From NCBI RefSeq assembly GCF_009914755.1, contig NC_060934.1: 64,000 nucleotides of DNA. One strand, 5' to 3'. The DNA is from the human T2T-CHM13v2.0 reference genome, Homo sapiens. Shown in pieces: positions 1-16,408 of the stretch (position 1 is its first letter; each line of letters begins with the position of its first letter). Position numbers and translations under genes: made by a program. Under the pieces are notes generated by a model. That model was not told the origin of the DNA, did not search any database, and saw only the letters and a list, made by a program, of their open reading frames with translations.

Positions 1-400
1 CCATCACTCGCATTACCACCTGAGCTCCACCTCCTGTCAGATCAGCAACAGCATTAGATTCTCATAGGAGCATGAACCCTATTGTGAACTGCACATGTGA
101 GGAATATAGGTTGTGTGCTCCTTATGAGACTCTAATGCCTGATGATCTGTCATTGTCTCCCATCAGCCCCAGATGGGACCGTCTAGTTGCAGGAAAATAA
201 GCTCAGGGCTCCCACTGATTCTACATTATGATGAGTTATATAATTATTTCATCATTTTACTATATATTACAATATAATAATAATAGAAATAAAGTGCATA
301 GTAAATGTAATGCACTTGAATCATCCTGAAACCATACCCCTTCCCTGCCCTGGTCCACAGAAAAATGATCTTCCGTGAAACCGGTCGCTGGGGGCCATTG
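1..400 (+). mobile_element. MER1A (hAT-Charlie DNA transposon), 5' part cut by window edge
   Basis: MER1 motifs (CTCCTGTCAGATCAGC..CATTAGATTCTCATAGGAG..AACCCTATTGTGAACTG) plus the MER1A-specific internal block CCCAGATGGGACC..AGAAATAAAGTGCA. Confidence 0.85.
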
Positions 401-639
401 GTCTAGGACTTGTAACATCTACCTTGTTTTAGCTTCTATAAATGAAAGCAAGACTCCCACATTAAGTAATGCTGGTACCCCCATGAGGCCATCCTACATA
501 TCTGCACTCTATTGTGGAACTCCTCCAGATGACCTCCCACTGGCTCATTCAGTTACTTCTTGGTCTCAACTGTCCCAGATCCTTTAATTCTCTGCTTTGG
601 CTTTACAGCTCCACTCCAACTCAGGTCAAAGATTCACTG

Positions 640-835
640 GTATGCATTAGACATTGTGCCTAGTGCTGTCTACATACAATGTCTAGTTCTCACAACAACT
701 TATAAAACAGATGATGCAGTCTCAATTTTACAGAAGAAGAGACTGAGGCTCAGCAAATTAAGGAACTTATTCCCACGTCGGCTCACTCATAGGTGGCAGA
801 ACAAGGATTTGAACCCATGTCTGTGCTTCCGGCAT
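640..835 (-). mobile_element. MIR SINE remnant
   Basis: MIR core ATTTTACAGAAGAAGAGACTGAGGCTCAG and GGATTTGAACCCATGTCTG. Confidence 0.7.
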
Positions 836-3344
836 TCCATTATTCCACTTAACTTTACTTCTTCACATGCAAAATGAGAAAAGTAATCCCCACTCTAACT
901 GTCTCATAAGGTTGTTATGATTATCAAATGAGATTGTTGAATGTAAGGAATGCTGATAACTCATCTCTCCTATCGTCTGGGTTCTACCTGGTAGAGATCA
1001 ATATCTAAAGCTAAATGGAGATCAATGGATAGCTTTGCAAATCATCACCTGATAACTGGGGTCCCCTAGTAAAGAGGTGCTGCAGAATGTTGCTTGGACT
1101 GAAGGCCAAAATGGAACCTTCTTAATGAAGTTCCTCTCCAAATCTAGACTCAGTATCTGCCTTTAGTAGAGTCACCTCTGCCAGTACACCCTGAGTGCAT
1201 GTTGACGGTCAGATCAGCCTGCCTCTAAAACCCAGACCTCCACAGAATGAGGAACCAAGAAAATCAGAGATGGGCCTTTGTTCCATTTTCAATGCAGTAA
1301 CTACACACATGAGGGAAAACGTGCTTCAGTGGAAATTAAGTTATCTACAATCAACTGGATACTCACTTTCCCTCCAGGAAAACTAGTAAGAAATGGAGAA
1401 AACATCTCCTCCAGTATTTTCCCATCGTTTGGAGGGAAGAGGAACTGCCCTCCCACCACCCTGTCCTGCAATAGAATCATGAGGAGGGAAAAAAATCATA
1501 CTTCCCCACAATAAAGATTTTATCACAAAAGATGGAAAGTTCGGTACAAATAAAAGTTGTCAGTTTCATACCACTTTTTCATTACCGTTTCTATTGCACT
1601 CTACACTTTTATATTATATTGTCAGATAATTAGTTATTTTTGTATCTGACTCTTCTATCAGACTGAATTCCTTCATGAAAATCATTTTTAAATTTATCCT
1701 TAAATATCCATATCTGATAACATGTCTACTGCATAGTAGGCATGAAATAAATATTTGTTCAATTAATAAATAGATTTAATTAGTGTATAAACACCAAGTC
1801 TCTATAGAACAGAAACTCTTACAATTACAAAGCATAGACATATTTATGCATCATTTTGCATTGTTTATCTTCGCTATTTACCTGTCTACTAACAGAGTGA
1901 ACTAGATCCATAACTGTTTCCTTAAATCAACTTATAATTCCCCATCAATGCAATAGGTTCATGTTTCACAAAATTAGACCTATAAATTTCCTACTCATTT
2001 AATTATGCCCCTCTTCAAAAAAAGAATTTAAGACAGCATACCATATAGGAAAATAAAATTTTTTTAGAATAAGTAAGAAAAATGAGGCAAAGCCACACAT
2101 AAATTTTTACCTTTCTTATAATGTTCCTTTAGGAGTGCTCATCTGTCTACCTTAGTGCCACAAGATGGTATGGTGAACAACTTTTCAAGAACAACATTTT
2201 ACAATTTACTCATAAACAACCCAATAACTTTCCAAAATAAACCCAGACAACATTGACAGAGGCTGGTGGTTAGTAAAGTAACATGATTCAGCCTTGGTAG
2301 CTATTAGCAAGTCTAGCAGACTTCACAGGGATTCTCTGAAGACACTAGACAGCGATGCACTTAAAAAATAAATCGACTTTTGGTCTGAAACCATTAGAAG
2401 AAAAAAATGAGGCAGAAGCAAAGGTCAAGGCTGAAGTAGGTTGATAAAGCACTGCTCCCTTGAAGATACCTTCTCTCAAGAGGCACTCCCTGCCCGATAT
2501 TCCCACTGAAGAACAGTTCTCTGGCAGTTAATAATGGGCTAAGAGAAGCTGTGTTCTTTTGCTTACAGGCCCAGAATTGGAACTCATGATGGTGCTACTT
2601 AGATCACACCCCAGTGGGCAATCCCAGTTGAGAAATCCGGAAACACTAGAGAAGCTAAATGAAGCGTTTGACTCAAAGATGGGCTGAGTGTGTAGGTGGC
2701 TGGTGTTTGGTGCATATTGCTTTCATAGTAAATAAAGCAGGGAGAAAAAAGAAATCAAAATGGATTCTTTTCAACTTTTTTTTAACTTCCCAAGGGTTGG
2801 CTGAGGATAAGGTATCACTGGGACGTAGAAAAAGCTAGGGAAAATGTTGGCTTCTGCTTGCTTATACCAGTAACTTTATTATTTTATTTGTTTGAAAATA
2901 AGAGAAGGCAATCCAACTGCAGCCAGGACAATGACATCAGCACACTTAGGAAGGCCTGATCTGGGGATTGTCTTTTAAAATATTGAGTAACATCTTTCTG
3001 ACCAAGTGAAGAAAGGGAAAAAAGTTATACTTATCTTCTGTTCAATAAACACTCTTCCTTAACCAGTTGCACTGCTTCCTTAAGACAATCTGGCAGTATC
3101 TAAAGCAATTGGAACAGTGATCTTAACCAAAACAAATACCTCAAGCATAAACAATGGAAAACACACTGAACCTCGAGCAAAAAGTCCTGGGTTTGAGTCC
3201 TTGGTCCCCCACTTACTAATTTCCTAACTCTCAGCATGTCACTTAATGTCTTAGAGTCTCTAGTGCTTCATCTTTTAAATCAATTAAACATTTCTACTTA
3301 CCTCCAAAACACTGAGAATATCAAATAAAATACTGTATGGCAAT

Positions 3345-3535
3345 GATTGTAACTGGAGCTATTTTGTCCCTTGAGAGACATTTGCCAATATCTGGAGACA
3401 ATTTTCGTTGTCACAACTGGTAGGCAAAGAGACCAGGGATGCTACTAAACATCCTACAATGCACAGAACAGCTCTCAACCACAAAGAAGTACTCAGCTCA
3501 AAATGTCAATAAATGTCACAGTTGAAAAACCCTGA
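3345..3535 (+). mobile_element. MER20 DNA transposon remnant
   Basis: GACATTTGCCAATATCTGGAGACA..GGGATGCTACTAAACATCCTACAATGCACAG..AAAATGTCAATA..GAAAAACCCTG. Confidence 0.8.
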
Positions 3536-3559
3536 TGTATGTCAGGTGCTATAAAGGTC

Positions 3560-4252
3560 CACTTCATTATCCTGCTTCTCTATCATAATGATGAAGATGG
3601 GTGTGATGGTTAATACTGAATTATCAACTCGACTGGATTGAAGGATGCAAAGTACTGTTCCTGGGAGTATCTGTAAGGGTGTTGCCCAAGGAGACTAATA
3701 CTTGAGTCAGTGGACTGGGAGAGGCAGAGCCACCCTCAATCTAGGTGGGCACTATTTAATAAGCTGCCAGCACGGATATAATAAAACAGGCAGGAGATGA
3801 TGGAAGAACAGACTTGCTAAGTCTTCTGGCCTTCATCTTTCTCCCGTGCTGGATGCTTCCTGCTTTTAGACTCCTGGACTTACACCAATGGTTTGCCAGG
3901 GTCTTTCGGGCCTTTGGCCACAACTGAAGACTACACTGTCAGCTTCTATGCTTTTGAAGTTTTGGGACACTGACTCATCCACCACTGGCTTCCTTGCTCC
4001 TCAACTTGCAGACGGCCTATCGTGGGACTTTATCTTGTGATTGTGTGAGTCAATTCTTCTTAATAAACACCCTTTCATATATCCATATAGCCTCTTAGTC
4101 CACTGGCTTAAATATTAATCTTCTTTGGCAACACCCTCACAGACACTCCCAAGAACAGTACTTTGCATCCTTCAACCCAATCAAGTTGATATTCAATATT
4201 AACCATCACACCCATCTTCATCATTATGATGGAGGAGCAGGATAATGAAGTG
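3560..4252. repeat. Inverted repeat, arms 3560-3725 and 4090-4252 (~88% identical)
   Basis: Manual alignment of the reverse complement; the arms include 42 bp of non-LTR flank (CACTTCATTATCCTGCT..GATGAAGATGGG). Confidence 0.95.
3602..4095 (+). mobile_element. MLT2A-type (MLT2A1/A2) ERVL solo LTR, 3' end replaced by an inverted duplication
   Basis: Starts TGTGATGGTTAATACTGA..GGATTGAAGGATGCAAAGTA; AATAAA at ~4061; the normal ..GACTAATACA terminus is missing. Confidence 0.85.
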
Positions 4253-4513
4253 ATTAAACAAATAGGATCTGGACAGGAAGACGTAGAGTCATTTTTCTAG
4301 TTCCTCCATTTCCTAGCTGTGTACTAGTCACTTAACTTTCAAGTTCCAGTTGCCTCACTTAGAAAATAGAGGAAACAAAAATGCATACAGCAATAAAGTG
4401 TTTCAAAGATTCACTGAGATAAAAAATGTAAAAGTGTTTTTATTCATTGAATGCTGAGCATTTGATAAATGGTATATATCATCATCATTATCCTTTAAAC
4501 ACAGTGATTGGCC

Positions 4514-4986
4514 ACACATGTTTACAGCAGCACAATTCTCAATTGCAAAAATGTGGAACCAACACAAATACCCATCAATCAACAAGTGGATAAAGAAACT
4601 GTGGTATATACATATGACGAAATACTACCCAGCCATATAAAGAAGTGAATTAATGACATTCACAGCAACCTGGATGGGAATGGAGACTATTATTCTAAGT
4701 GAAGTAACTCAGGAATGGAAAATCAAACATCGTACGTTCTCACTCATAAGTGGGAGCTAAGCTACGAGGATGCAAAGGCATAATAATGATACAATGGACT
4801 TTGGGGACTCAGGAAAGAGTGAGAGGGGGTGAGGCATAAAAGACTACAAATTGGATTCAGTGTATACTGCTCTTGTGATGAGTGCACTGAAATCTCACGT
4901 ATCACCACTAAAGAACTTACTCACGTAACCAAATACCACTTTTTACCCAAAAAACCTATGAAAATAAATTTTTAAAAAATAAATAA
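4514..4986 (+). mobile_element. 5'-truncated L1PB (L1PB1-like) 3' end
   Basis: GAAGTAACTCAGGAATGGAAAA..GGGAGCTAAGCTACGAGGATGCAAAGGCATAA..CACCACTAAAGAACTTACTCA, followed by an A-rich tail. Confidence 0.85.
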
Positions 4987-5679
4987 CTAAACATGCTGAT
5001 TAGATCATTCTGAGATATCAAATCACTCTCTAATTTTCGATCACCTACTTTGATCTCAGGGACCCAGCCTTGTCTTCCCTCTGAATTGTGGAGACCCAGC
5101 CTGTAGGTCATAAAATAAATTTGAGGAGGGAGGCAATACTGAAGTTCCTTATTCACAGAAGTCAATACATAAGTGATGTCATCATTACAGAGGTCAGACT
5201 TGGTACTTGCCAGATATAACAGCCTGATCTATTTAATGTACTTTCTGTGTTTGCAAGAAATTAATGCAGGAATATTGTCAGATGAACATCATATTATCTA
5301 ATAGTTTACCTAAGTGAGACATCTCTGTGCTTCATTGTTCATACATTATTAACTCTACCTGTTGACCAAATTATTATTTACTAAAATGTTTTCATTGATT
5401 GATATTTACAATTTATTTGGAACTGCTCTCAACTAGCTAGAAGTAATCATCAAGAATTTCACAAAACCAACCTCCTGTTGGGTCATCATCGTGAACTTGC
5501 AAGCATCAGAAGACTCCAGTTTGGAAAGTGTGCAAAGGAGAGGTGGTATCCCTTCAATCTTTCAGAAGCATGCTGGAAGAGCAATCTTTCCAAAATATGA
5601 AGGATGACTACTTCTCAAGAAAGCCGTAACAGCTCTCTATTGCCATAAGATCAAGCAACAGCTCCTCTGTCTGGCTTCC

Positions 5680-6223
5680 TGTATAGTAAACGCACCTGAC
5701 AGCAGTAATTTAAGCATACCCTGACAATGACTTTGTACGGCAGACACATCTGAATGTGTGTTCCAAGCTAGGGAATCTGGGAGTGGCCAACCTGGAGATT
5801 CATTTCCTACCTAGGATAAATATCTGAGTCCCTGGCCCATCCAGTGGAACACAAGCTGTGCAGGAATTGAGGTCCTGAGTTTTGGGTTAAATGAAGATTG
5901 CCAGGTGGAGGTCTTTAGGTTTTTAGGGGAGGCTGTTACATGAGAATGCTATATAAACAGCATGCTGTTTGCAAGTGGTTGCAGTTTTCCTGCCTAGTCT
6001 GCTGCCACTAGACTGTAGGTAAGGCAGGCACCTTGTCTAGCCCATTGCCACTGGACCGTTTCTGTACATAAGACAGTTCTCCTGTCCAGCCCGCCACCAC
6101 TGGATTCTTTCCCCTGTATGTAACCCCCAGATAAAGCCCCAAGTTTCATTTGCCAGCTCTGGGTCTCTCCTTCGGCCTCTTTACCTGGTGCCTTCCCTGC
6201 TGAAGTTAACAGGAGTTCCACAC
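5680..6223 (+). mobile_element. ERVL solo LTR (LTR32/LTR47 family)
   Basis: TG..CA ends; AAACGCACCTGACAGCA..TTAAGCATACCCTGA..GGGAGTGGCCAACCTGGAGATTC; TATA-like CTATATAAA; three internal copies of a C(T/C)AG..CCACT(A/G)GA unit. Confidence 0.75.
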
Positions 6224-6364
6224 AGTGCTTTATAACCCTGGTTCTATCCCACCCACTATGAACCCTCACAAAAGCTAGAGCCAAGTCACTAGAGCTGGTT
6301 CCTTTTGTTCTCTTTTTATTCTTATGACTGTGTCCTGCCTTAAGGGTGTCTTCTGTTCACTCGT

Positions 6365-6692
<328 letters not shown>

Positions 6693-6799
6693 TCATTTCC
6701 CATGACCCCACTCCCAGCATGTTTTCCATCTCTCCAATGCCTTTCCTCTCCTCTGCTTAGCCGTGGTGATTGCCTCCATGTCTTTACTTGCAGAGCTTC

Positions 6800-7130
6800 C
6801 CCCATCTTGAACATCTTTCTCTCTAACTCTCTAATTCCCACCAATTTATCAAGACTCAGAAGAAGGACCACTTAGCTTTATAGTTAACCCCCGTTATTCC
6901 ATTTCCCTCCTGTTAATCTCCTTCTTCTCTGACCTCTCACAGCACCAGTAGCTGCAATACATGATTTAGCACTTGATTACTTTCCGTCTAATAGGGTTGT
7001 CTAATTGTTTCAGCACACATTTGATCTGCAATTGAACTGTAAAGTCTTCAAGGGAAGGACCCCATGTAGTCGACATCTTTGCTATGTCCCAGAGGGAGAG
7101 ACATGGTCTGCATTGTAGGCAAACAAATAT
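6800..7130 (+). mobile_element. L2 LINE 3' remnant
   Basis: GAACTGTAAAGTCTTCAAGGGAAGGAC..TGTAGGCAAACAAATATT resembles the L2 3' terminus; boundaries approximate. Confidence 0.55.
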
Positions 7131-7893
7131 TTCCTTCCCCAGGGCTAACCTAGGTGAGGAAATTGACAAATACTTTCTGTGCACCTGCTGGAAGCAAGGC
7201 ACTCTTCCCTGACCATTGCAGCCTCCTTGTTTACATAAAAGCAACACAGGTGAAAATATAAATGAACCTAAGATTAGGAAGACTGGGAAAATATTAATGC
7301 TCATGAATATTTAGCAGGGCTCCCTCATTAACTGGGTTTAGAGAGGTCTCCCTTACAATCACGAAGCTCTAATAAATGCTGGCATTTAATTGTGCTCATC
7401 CAATAGGAACTAAGCTGCAGGGGTTTGTGAGCCAAGAAGTACAATATGGTATAGAGTAGTGGTTTTAAAACCAAGCCTCACACAATTCCTAAACACTTTC
7501 AGGGTAATTCAGAGGCTGCCTGGAAGACAAAGGATGACTAGCAGGTGGTAATCTGAGCCTCCACCCTTGATTCAATCAGGGTGGCTCTTTTCCGACAGCT
7601 TCATATATTGGGCTTTGCTAGAGAAAAAAGTTCTGTTACTAAAATTCTATTTTAAAGAAAAGAAAACCACTGTAGACAGAATACTGCTTGGAACCAGAAG
7701 ACAAGATATTTTTTCATTCCCAACCAATTATTACCTATAGGAAACTAGACTGTGCAATTTTTCTGAAGTTCAGTGTTCTCCACTTCAGGCGTAGGTAGGG
7801 CTTCCTCCACACACACTGGGTTGTTGGGAAGATCAAATGAGGTGACACGTATGAAAGCACAAGGCAAAGAGGAGCCATTTAAAACATGTATCA

Positions 7894-8152
<259 letters not shown>

Positions 8153-10837
8153 AGAAGAGAAAAGAGAAAAGGAAAGGAGGAAGGAAGGAAGGAAGGAAGG
8201 AAGGAAGGAAAAACCACATTGCATGAGAGTGAAACAACCTCATCTTTATCTAGAGTGTGGACATGGGCTGAAACACTGGACTTATGGGTATTTAGAGCAG
8301 ACGGCTAACAGGAGCCTCTGTAAATCCAGTTCACTGTGGTCAGCCTCACCTGAGAACCTGAACGCCTCCAAATCCCCTGAACCAGAAATATCCTGCCATT
8401 GTCGGGGCTGCATTGTACACTTGTATGACACTCTTTTTCCTTCACTGTATATCAACAGGAATTAATTGTTTGGGCAAGTATTTGTTTAACTTCACCCTCT
8501 CCCAAGATTGCAAGCTTGTGTCTGTCTTGTTCAGGGCTGGAGCCCAAACAGCCATCACACACCTTGCAATAAATATCCCTAAAATACCTTGCTGAATAAA
8601 TGACTACATAATTCAAGGTAAGACATCTCCATGCTGGGCACTGGGAACATTAGCAAGTAGAAAATAGGCTTCCTTGACATGAAGGGACTCTCCAGGCCCT
8701 GCAAATGACACAGATGGATGCAGATGCTATTGTTATAATCTATCTCATCCAGAGAAATAAAATTAGATTTCTATCTATATCTGTTACTACATCAGACAAA
8801 AAAACATTATTTGACTGATTTTTCAGTTTGGAGAATATATTTGGGACAGTCTAACTTAAAACACAATTTACATTTCTTATGAAATCCACTCTGAATTTCA
8901 CAGCTGAAACTGAAGTGCAGTAAAAGGGCTGTTGATCAAGAAATACAAGCCATAATTATCGAATTGCTGTGGGAAGGGAAATACCCTAAATAAAGGTTGC
9001 ATGGGTAGATACCCCAAAGTGCAGATGGTGATCTATAATTGAGTTACTTCTCACAAGAGCAACTCTGTATGCTAAATCATGTGGAGTTCTATCAGGAACT
9101 GGTAATTTAACGATGGTTAATGCTTCTCTAGCAAGGCCAGATATTTGAGGTAGTTATTCTGATTCTTGCTCATAATGACAGTTGAGCACCACCTAGCTCT
9201 AATTCTCACAACACACTCCCAGGCTAGTGTTATTGTGCTTATTCTACACATGAGTTAAATCAGGATCCCAAAGCTAATTGCTCAAAATAACAACTTGGCA
9301 AGTAGCCCAGCTGGGATTTGAGCTCCAGACTCTCTGACTCCGAAGCCCATGGTCTTGGCACACAGTCAGCCTTGCTTCCGGGAGAGGAAGGGACTGGAAC
9401 CTTGTCCCAAACAAGCCCCAGGCACCAGGGCATCACTAGTGAGATCTAGGGTTGGGTGCCTCAGAGTCCAGACCTGGGCCGCAATCGTGTTAATTATCGC
9501 ATGTTTTGAAAACAAAAAGTACCTGTTTTGGGAAAGCACATCAGGGGTCAATCCACAGATGTCTTGAAGGAGCTCAAGTCAGTTTCTGCAGTAGGTTGAA
9601 AATAGATTTCTTCCAGGAGGAAAGGTTTGCCAGGGAGGAAGCCAAAGCCTCTCTGTAAAGCTCAACTTACCCGCTCCCTGCTCCATGCACACACCTCTCT
9701 CCCTTCCCAGAAGGAACTGCTCTCCTGAATTGCGCTCATCATTCCATTGCATTGCCTTTTTTTTTTTTTTCAAGTTCTCCAGTTATTTTTGCCCAAACGT
9801 GTCCACATTACTCTGACAGATTGAAGCCTTAGCAAAATTTATGCAAAAGGAAAATTGTGGTCCAGAAAGAAGTTTAAGAAGAGTGACCATCATAGCCTCA
9901 GTTAACAGATATCTAAAATAACCAGCCCCATCAAGCAGGCTTTCTGGTGGGCAATGCCTCGCTTTTTCCTCTTATAGCAAGCTCCTTCTGATCTTTTATT
10001 GACTTATATATTTCTCCTTCTAGGGCAATACAAAGAGAAGATACATATCTCCCAGGGTTATTTGTTTACATTCTACATTTAAAAGAAATTTCCATGTTTA
10101 CATAGTCGTAATTCTTTTTCTAACAAACCAGAAACATTTCTAAAAATTTAAAATTTTCCATGTCTCCATGACTTGCCAACAAACAGAATCCAGAAATGCA
10201 TTCTTTTCCTATTCTCGTCCCCTCCCTTCCTTTCTCCTAATGTCCCGGACCCTACTCTTCTGCTGCCCAGAAAATCTTGTCCCCTGAGACCCTGACTGCT
10301 CCACTATGATCTTTCTCTTTATGCATGCCCGTGGTTGACTTACTGTCTCATGATCTTAGGCAAGAGCCTCCATTTTCTTCATTGTAGTGGACTCAGAAAT
10401 CAAATAGCTCCTTTCCTTCTATTGAACTGATTCTCCCTCTCTCCTCCTGCCCCCAAATGTTTTATAATATTTTACCCAGAAGTCTGACTAATGTAAAACA
10501 CTACACAAAACATCTCCATATCACCCCCTCCCATTTTCCTCTTCTGCAGTGACAATTTTTTTTTCGAATAACTGCATTGCTCTAACTCATAAAATTTCAT
10601 TTTATGGGCCTGCACTTCTTTCGACATTCTATAATTTTTCACGGTCATCAGCAGCACTGGCTTCACTTCCAAGTGCAGATAGAAACAAACATGTTCTGTG
10701 ATAAATCACAGTTTATGCAATCAATAAATCAAAGGGCAGTTGCTCTCTGTGGGAAAATGTTATGCTAAGGTTCATTTTAACCAAGAGCCTTCAGCAACTA
10801 GTAGAGTCCTACATACAGCAGGTGAGTTCCAGGTTAG

Positions 10838-11414
<577 letters not shown>

Positions 11415-11949
11415 CCCTCACATCTTATTAACACTCTTTCACAGACTATGAACTTGAGCTTGGGGAGATTTTGTAATGTAATGTGATCACACAGCTGGTG
11501 GGTGAAATTCCACTGAGGATGATTATTTCATGGAGACCTATCTTTCCCACTAGATGGTAAAGTCCACAAAGGAAACATAGTGTCTGTTGGACTCTTTATG
11601 CCTGGCACATAGTAGGTGCTTAATAAAAGCTTGTTAAATGGATGAAATCAAGAAATGTTTTTGTTGGTGATGATGCTGGTGATGGCTCCACTAATCCCTT
11701 TAAAACAGGACTCATGTAGTTACAATATGACCGAGGCAGAACTTAGGAACATAGGAGGTAAACCAAAATAGTCCCAGATGAAACTGAAAGATGTGCAATG
11801 AGAACTCTTCCTCTAAATGTACATGTAACCTTAAGCAAATTCTTTACTCCCTCTGGGGCTGTTTTGTAGGTAATTAAGGAGGGGCAGGGGTTGGGGATGG
11901 CTCCTGTTAAACATGGCAGACCAAACACAAATAAAAATAGGTATTTACC

Positions 11950-14410
<2,461 letters not shown>

Positions 14411-16408
14411 TAATCTGTAGTTCCCTGAGTTTCTAATTGGATTTTTGGACATCTATTTCATAAAATGAGTTAAATTTGAATTCCAAAAGTCCTACATGAA
14501 TCCCTCTTGCCAGAATAGAACCCCCCTTGTCTCATCCTTAATGGAAGAAACTGCTTATCCTTCCCCATCTGAGCCAATGCCAGGATTACACATCCCCACA
14601 TTGTCGGATGCCAACCAGGCTCCTACACAATGATGTACATGTTTCAGTTTTCAGCATTCCTATTTGAGCAGAGGTTTGGTTTAAGTTTACATCATAAAAG
14701 CAGGTAAAGCAAGTCAGTGAGGTGCCTTAGTGAAGCTGACCTGGAAAAATTGAAAGAGTCAAACTACTTATTAAAAAAGAGAATTCAAAAACATTCTTTG
14801 CTATTTTAATGAGCCCACCATTCTCAAAGGAACCTTGTGGAATCTCCTTGACCATCACTAACTAGGAACCATTTGCAGGAAAAAAATAGGTCATATTTCG
14901 GCTAATCTTATTTTAAATGGAAATTTCTCTGTGATGCACTGTTGAATGATAGAAAACAGAAACAATTACATCTTGAAGCTCCAGGCCTTTGGTTCTGTGA
15001 AGTTAGACATAACCTGAGTGGTCTTCTCCCGCCGCCCCCTCTTCTTCCTCCACGTCCTTCCCTTTCCCACAGCAGGTTTGCTGACCTCCAGGTGAAGTAA
15101 TTCATCTCACTCCATGTCTCTCTCAGCTGTCTTCACTTCACTTTCCAATACAGGCAGCCCTCGGGAGCCCCAACATGAAAAACAGAAACAGAGATTCTCC
15201 CCTCCCCTGCAGAGTGCCTCCCTTGGGGAGCAGGGGTCTTGATGAGGATGCAGGGCGGGCTCTGCGGACGCAGAGTGATGGATGTGAGGGGCAGGCACGC
15301 GTGCTCTCACAGGGCACACAGCTTTCATCCTCATAATGAAGACACATGCAGTCGACAGGAAAATGGCTGTCTCATTAATGTTCCTTTTTGCAGCATGGGG
15401 ACATGCTCCAAATGCCAACCTCAAAGTGCAAGGGGTCTGCAATAACTGGGAGCCTGGGCAAGGAGCCACCAGGACAGCCCTGGTGGCTGAGATATTCGCT
15501 GTCTTCCCCACCACCCTTGTTAGCCTAAAAAGCAAGAGATGCAGCTCCACAGCCTTCTAGGAAAATCAAACCTCTGGTTTCAGCAATCTCACGGCCTAAT
15601 TTCAAGGCAAATAAAACAGTCCAGAGTCAGATGGGGCAAAAGATACAGCATGAAAATACCCTTACCGGTGTCCCTGTTTTTTCTCTCTAATATCTATAAT
15701 GTTGTGAGTGCCTCGCCTTCTAACACAAATCATCCCTACCCATTCCATACCCCCATCCAACTTCCTCCCCAAAAGACAAACTATGTGCCAGCTGAATACA
15801 TTTTATTAGCCCGTAAAGGCTAATTAAATCACCTAATTTCAAGACACTGTACTTTCTAAGGTCCAATGGATTTTAAAAATGTTATTGACCTACAGAACAT
15901 AAATGAGCCAAAATATTAACATTCTTAGAATTCATTCCAACCATGCTGTGAGAGGCATTCAGCGTCAGGACTGGGGTACTTTCATAGGGACCTTAGGAAT
16001 GTCCTTATACCACATCTTGGAGATTTTACCCAGCAGCTGTTTATTGAGTGGGTACACAGGGCCAGACACTCCGAAGTTTTCTGAGATGTCTGGCACAAGA
16101 CCCTTGCCATCAAAAAAGCTCCCTGTGCTGAAGAAAAAAGAAACAAACCTATAACTGAAAGAAACATGAAATAAAGACTCCTGGAATGCCACACAGTCCT
16201 ACGGAAATAACAAGGAGAGAGAAGTTCATCCTGACTGAGGGAGCCTGGGACATAGGAGGTCATCCTTGAGATGAGCCTTGGGAATATGTATTGCTTCCAA
16301 AGGACTGGATATGGAAAGATGGTGCACCAGACAGGGAGACGGTGGAAGCGAACGCCCAAGGAGTCAAGTGGACATGGCCCACTAGGGAACTCTAGAGCCC
16401 ATTAAGTG

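Noticed and set aside
5988-6105. Three ~25-bp spaced repeats (..CTAG/CCAG..CCACT.GA) as a novel array
   Set aside because: They lie within the LTR32/47-family LTR, whose consensus I recall as internally repetitive
15107-15550. 147-aa minus-strand ORF in unique DNA
   Set aside because: No recognisable domain; long ORFs arise easily in GC-rich patches
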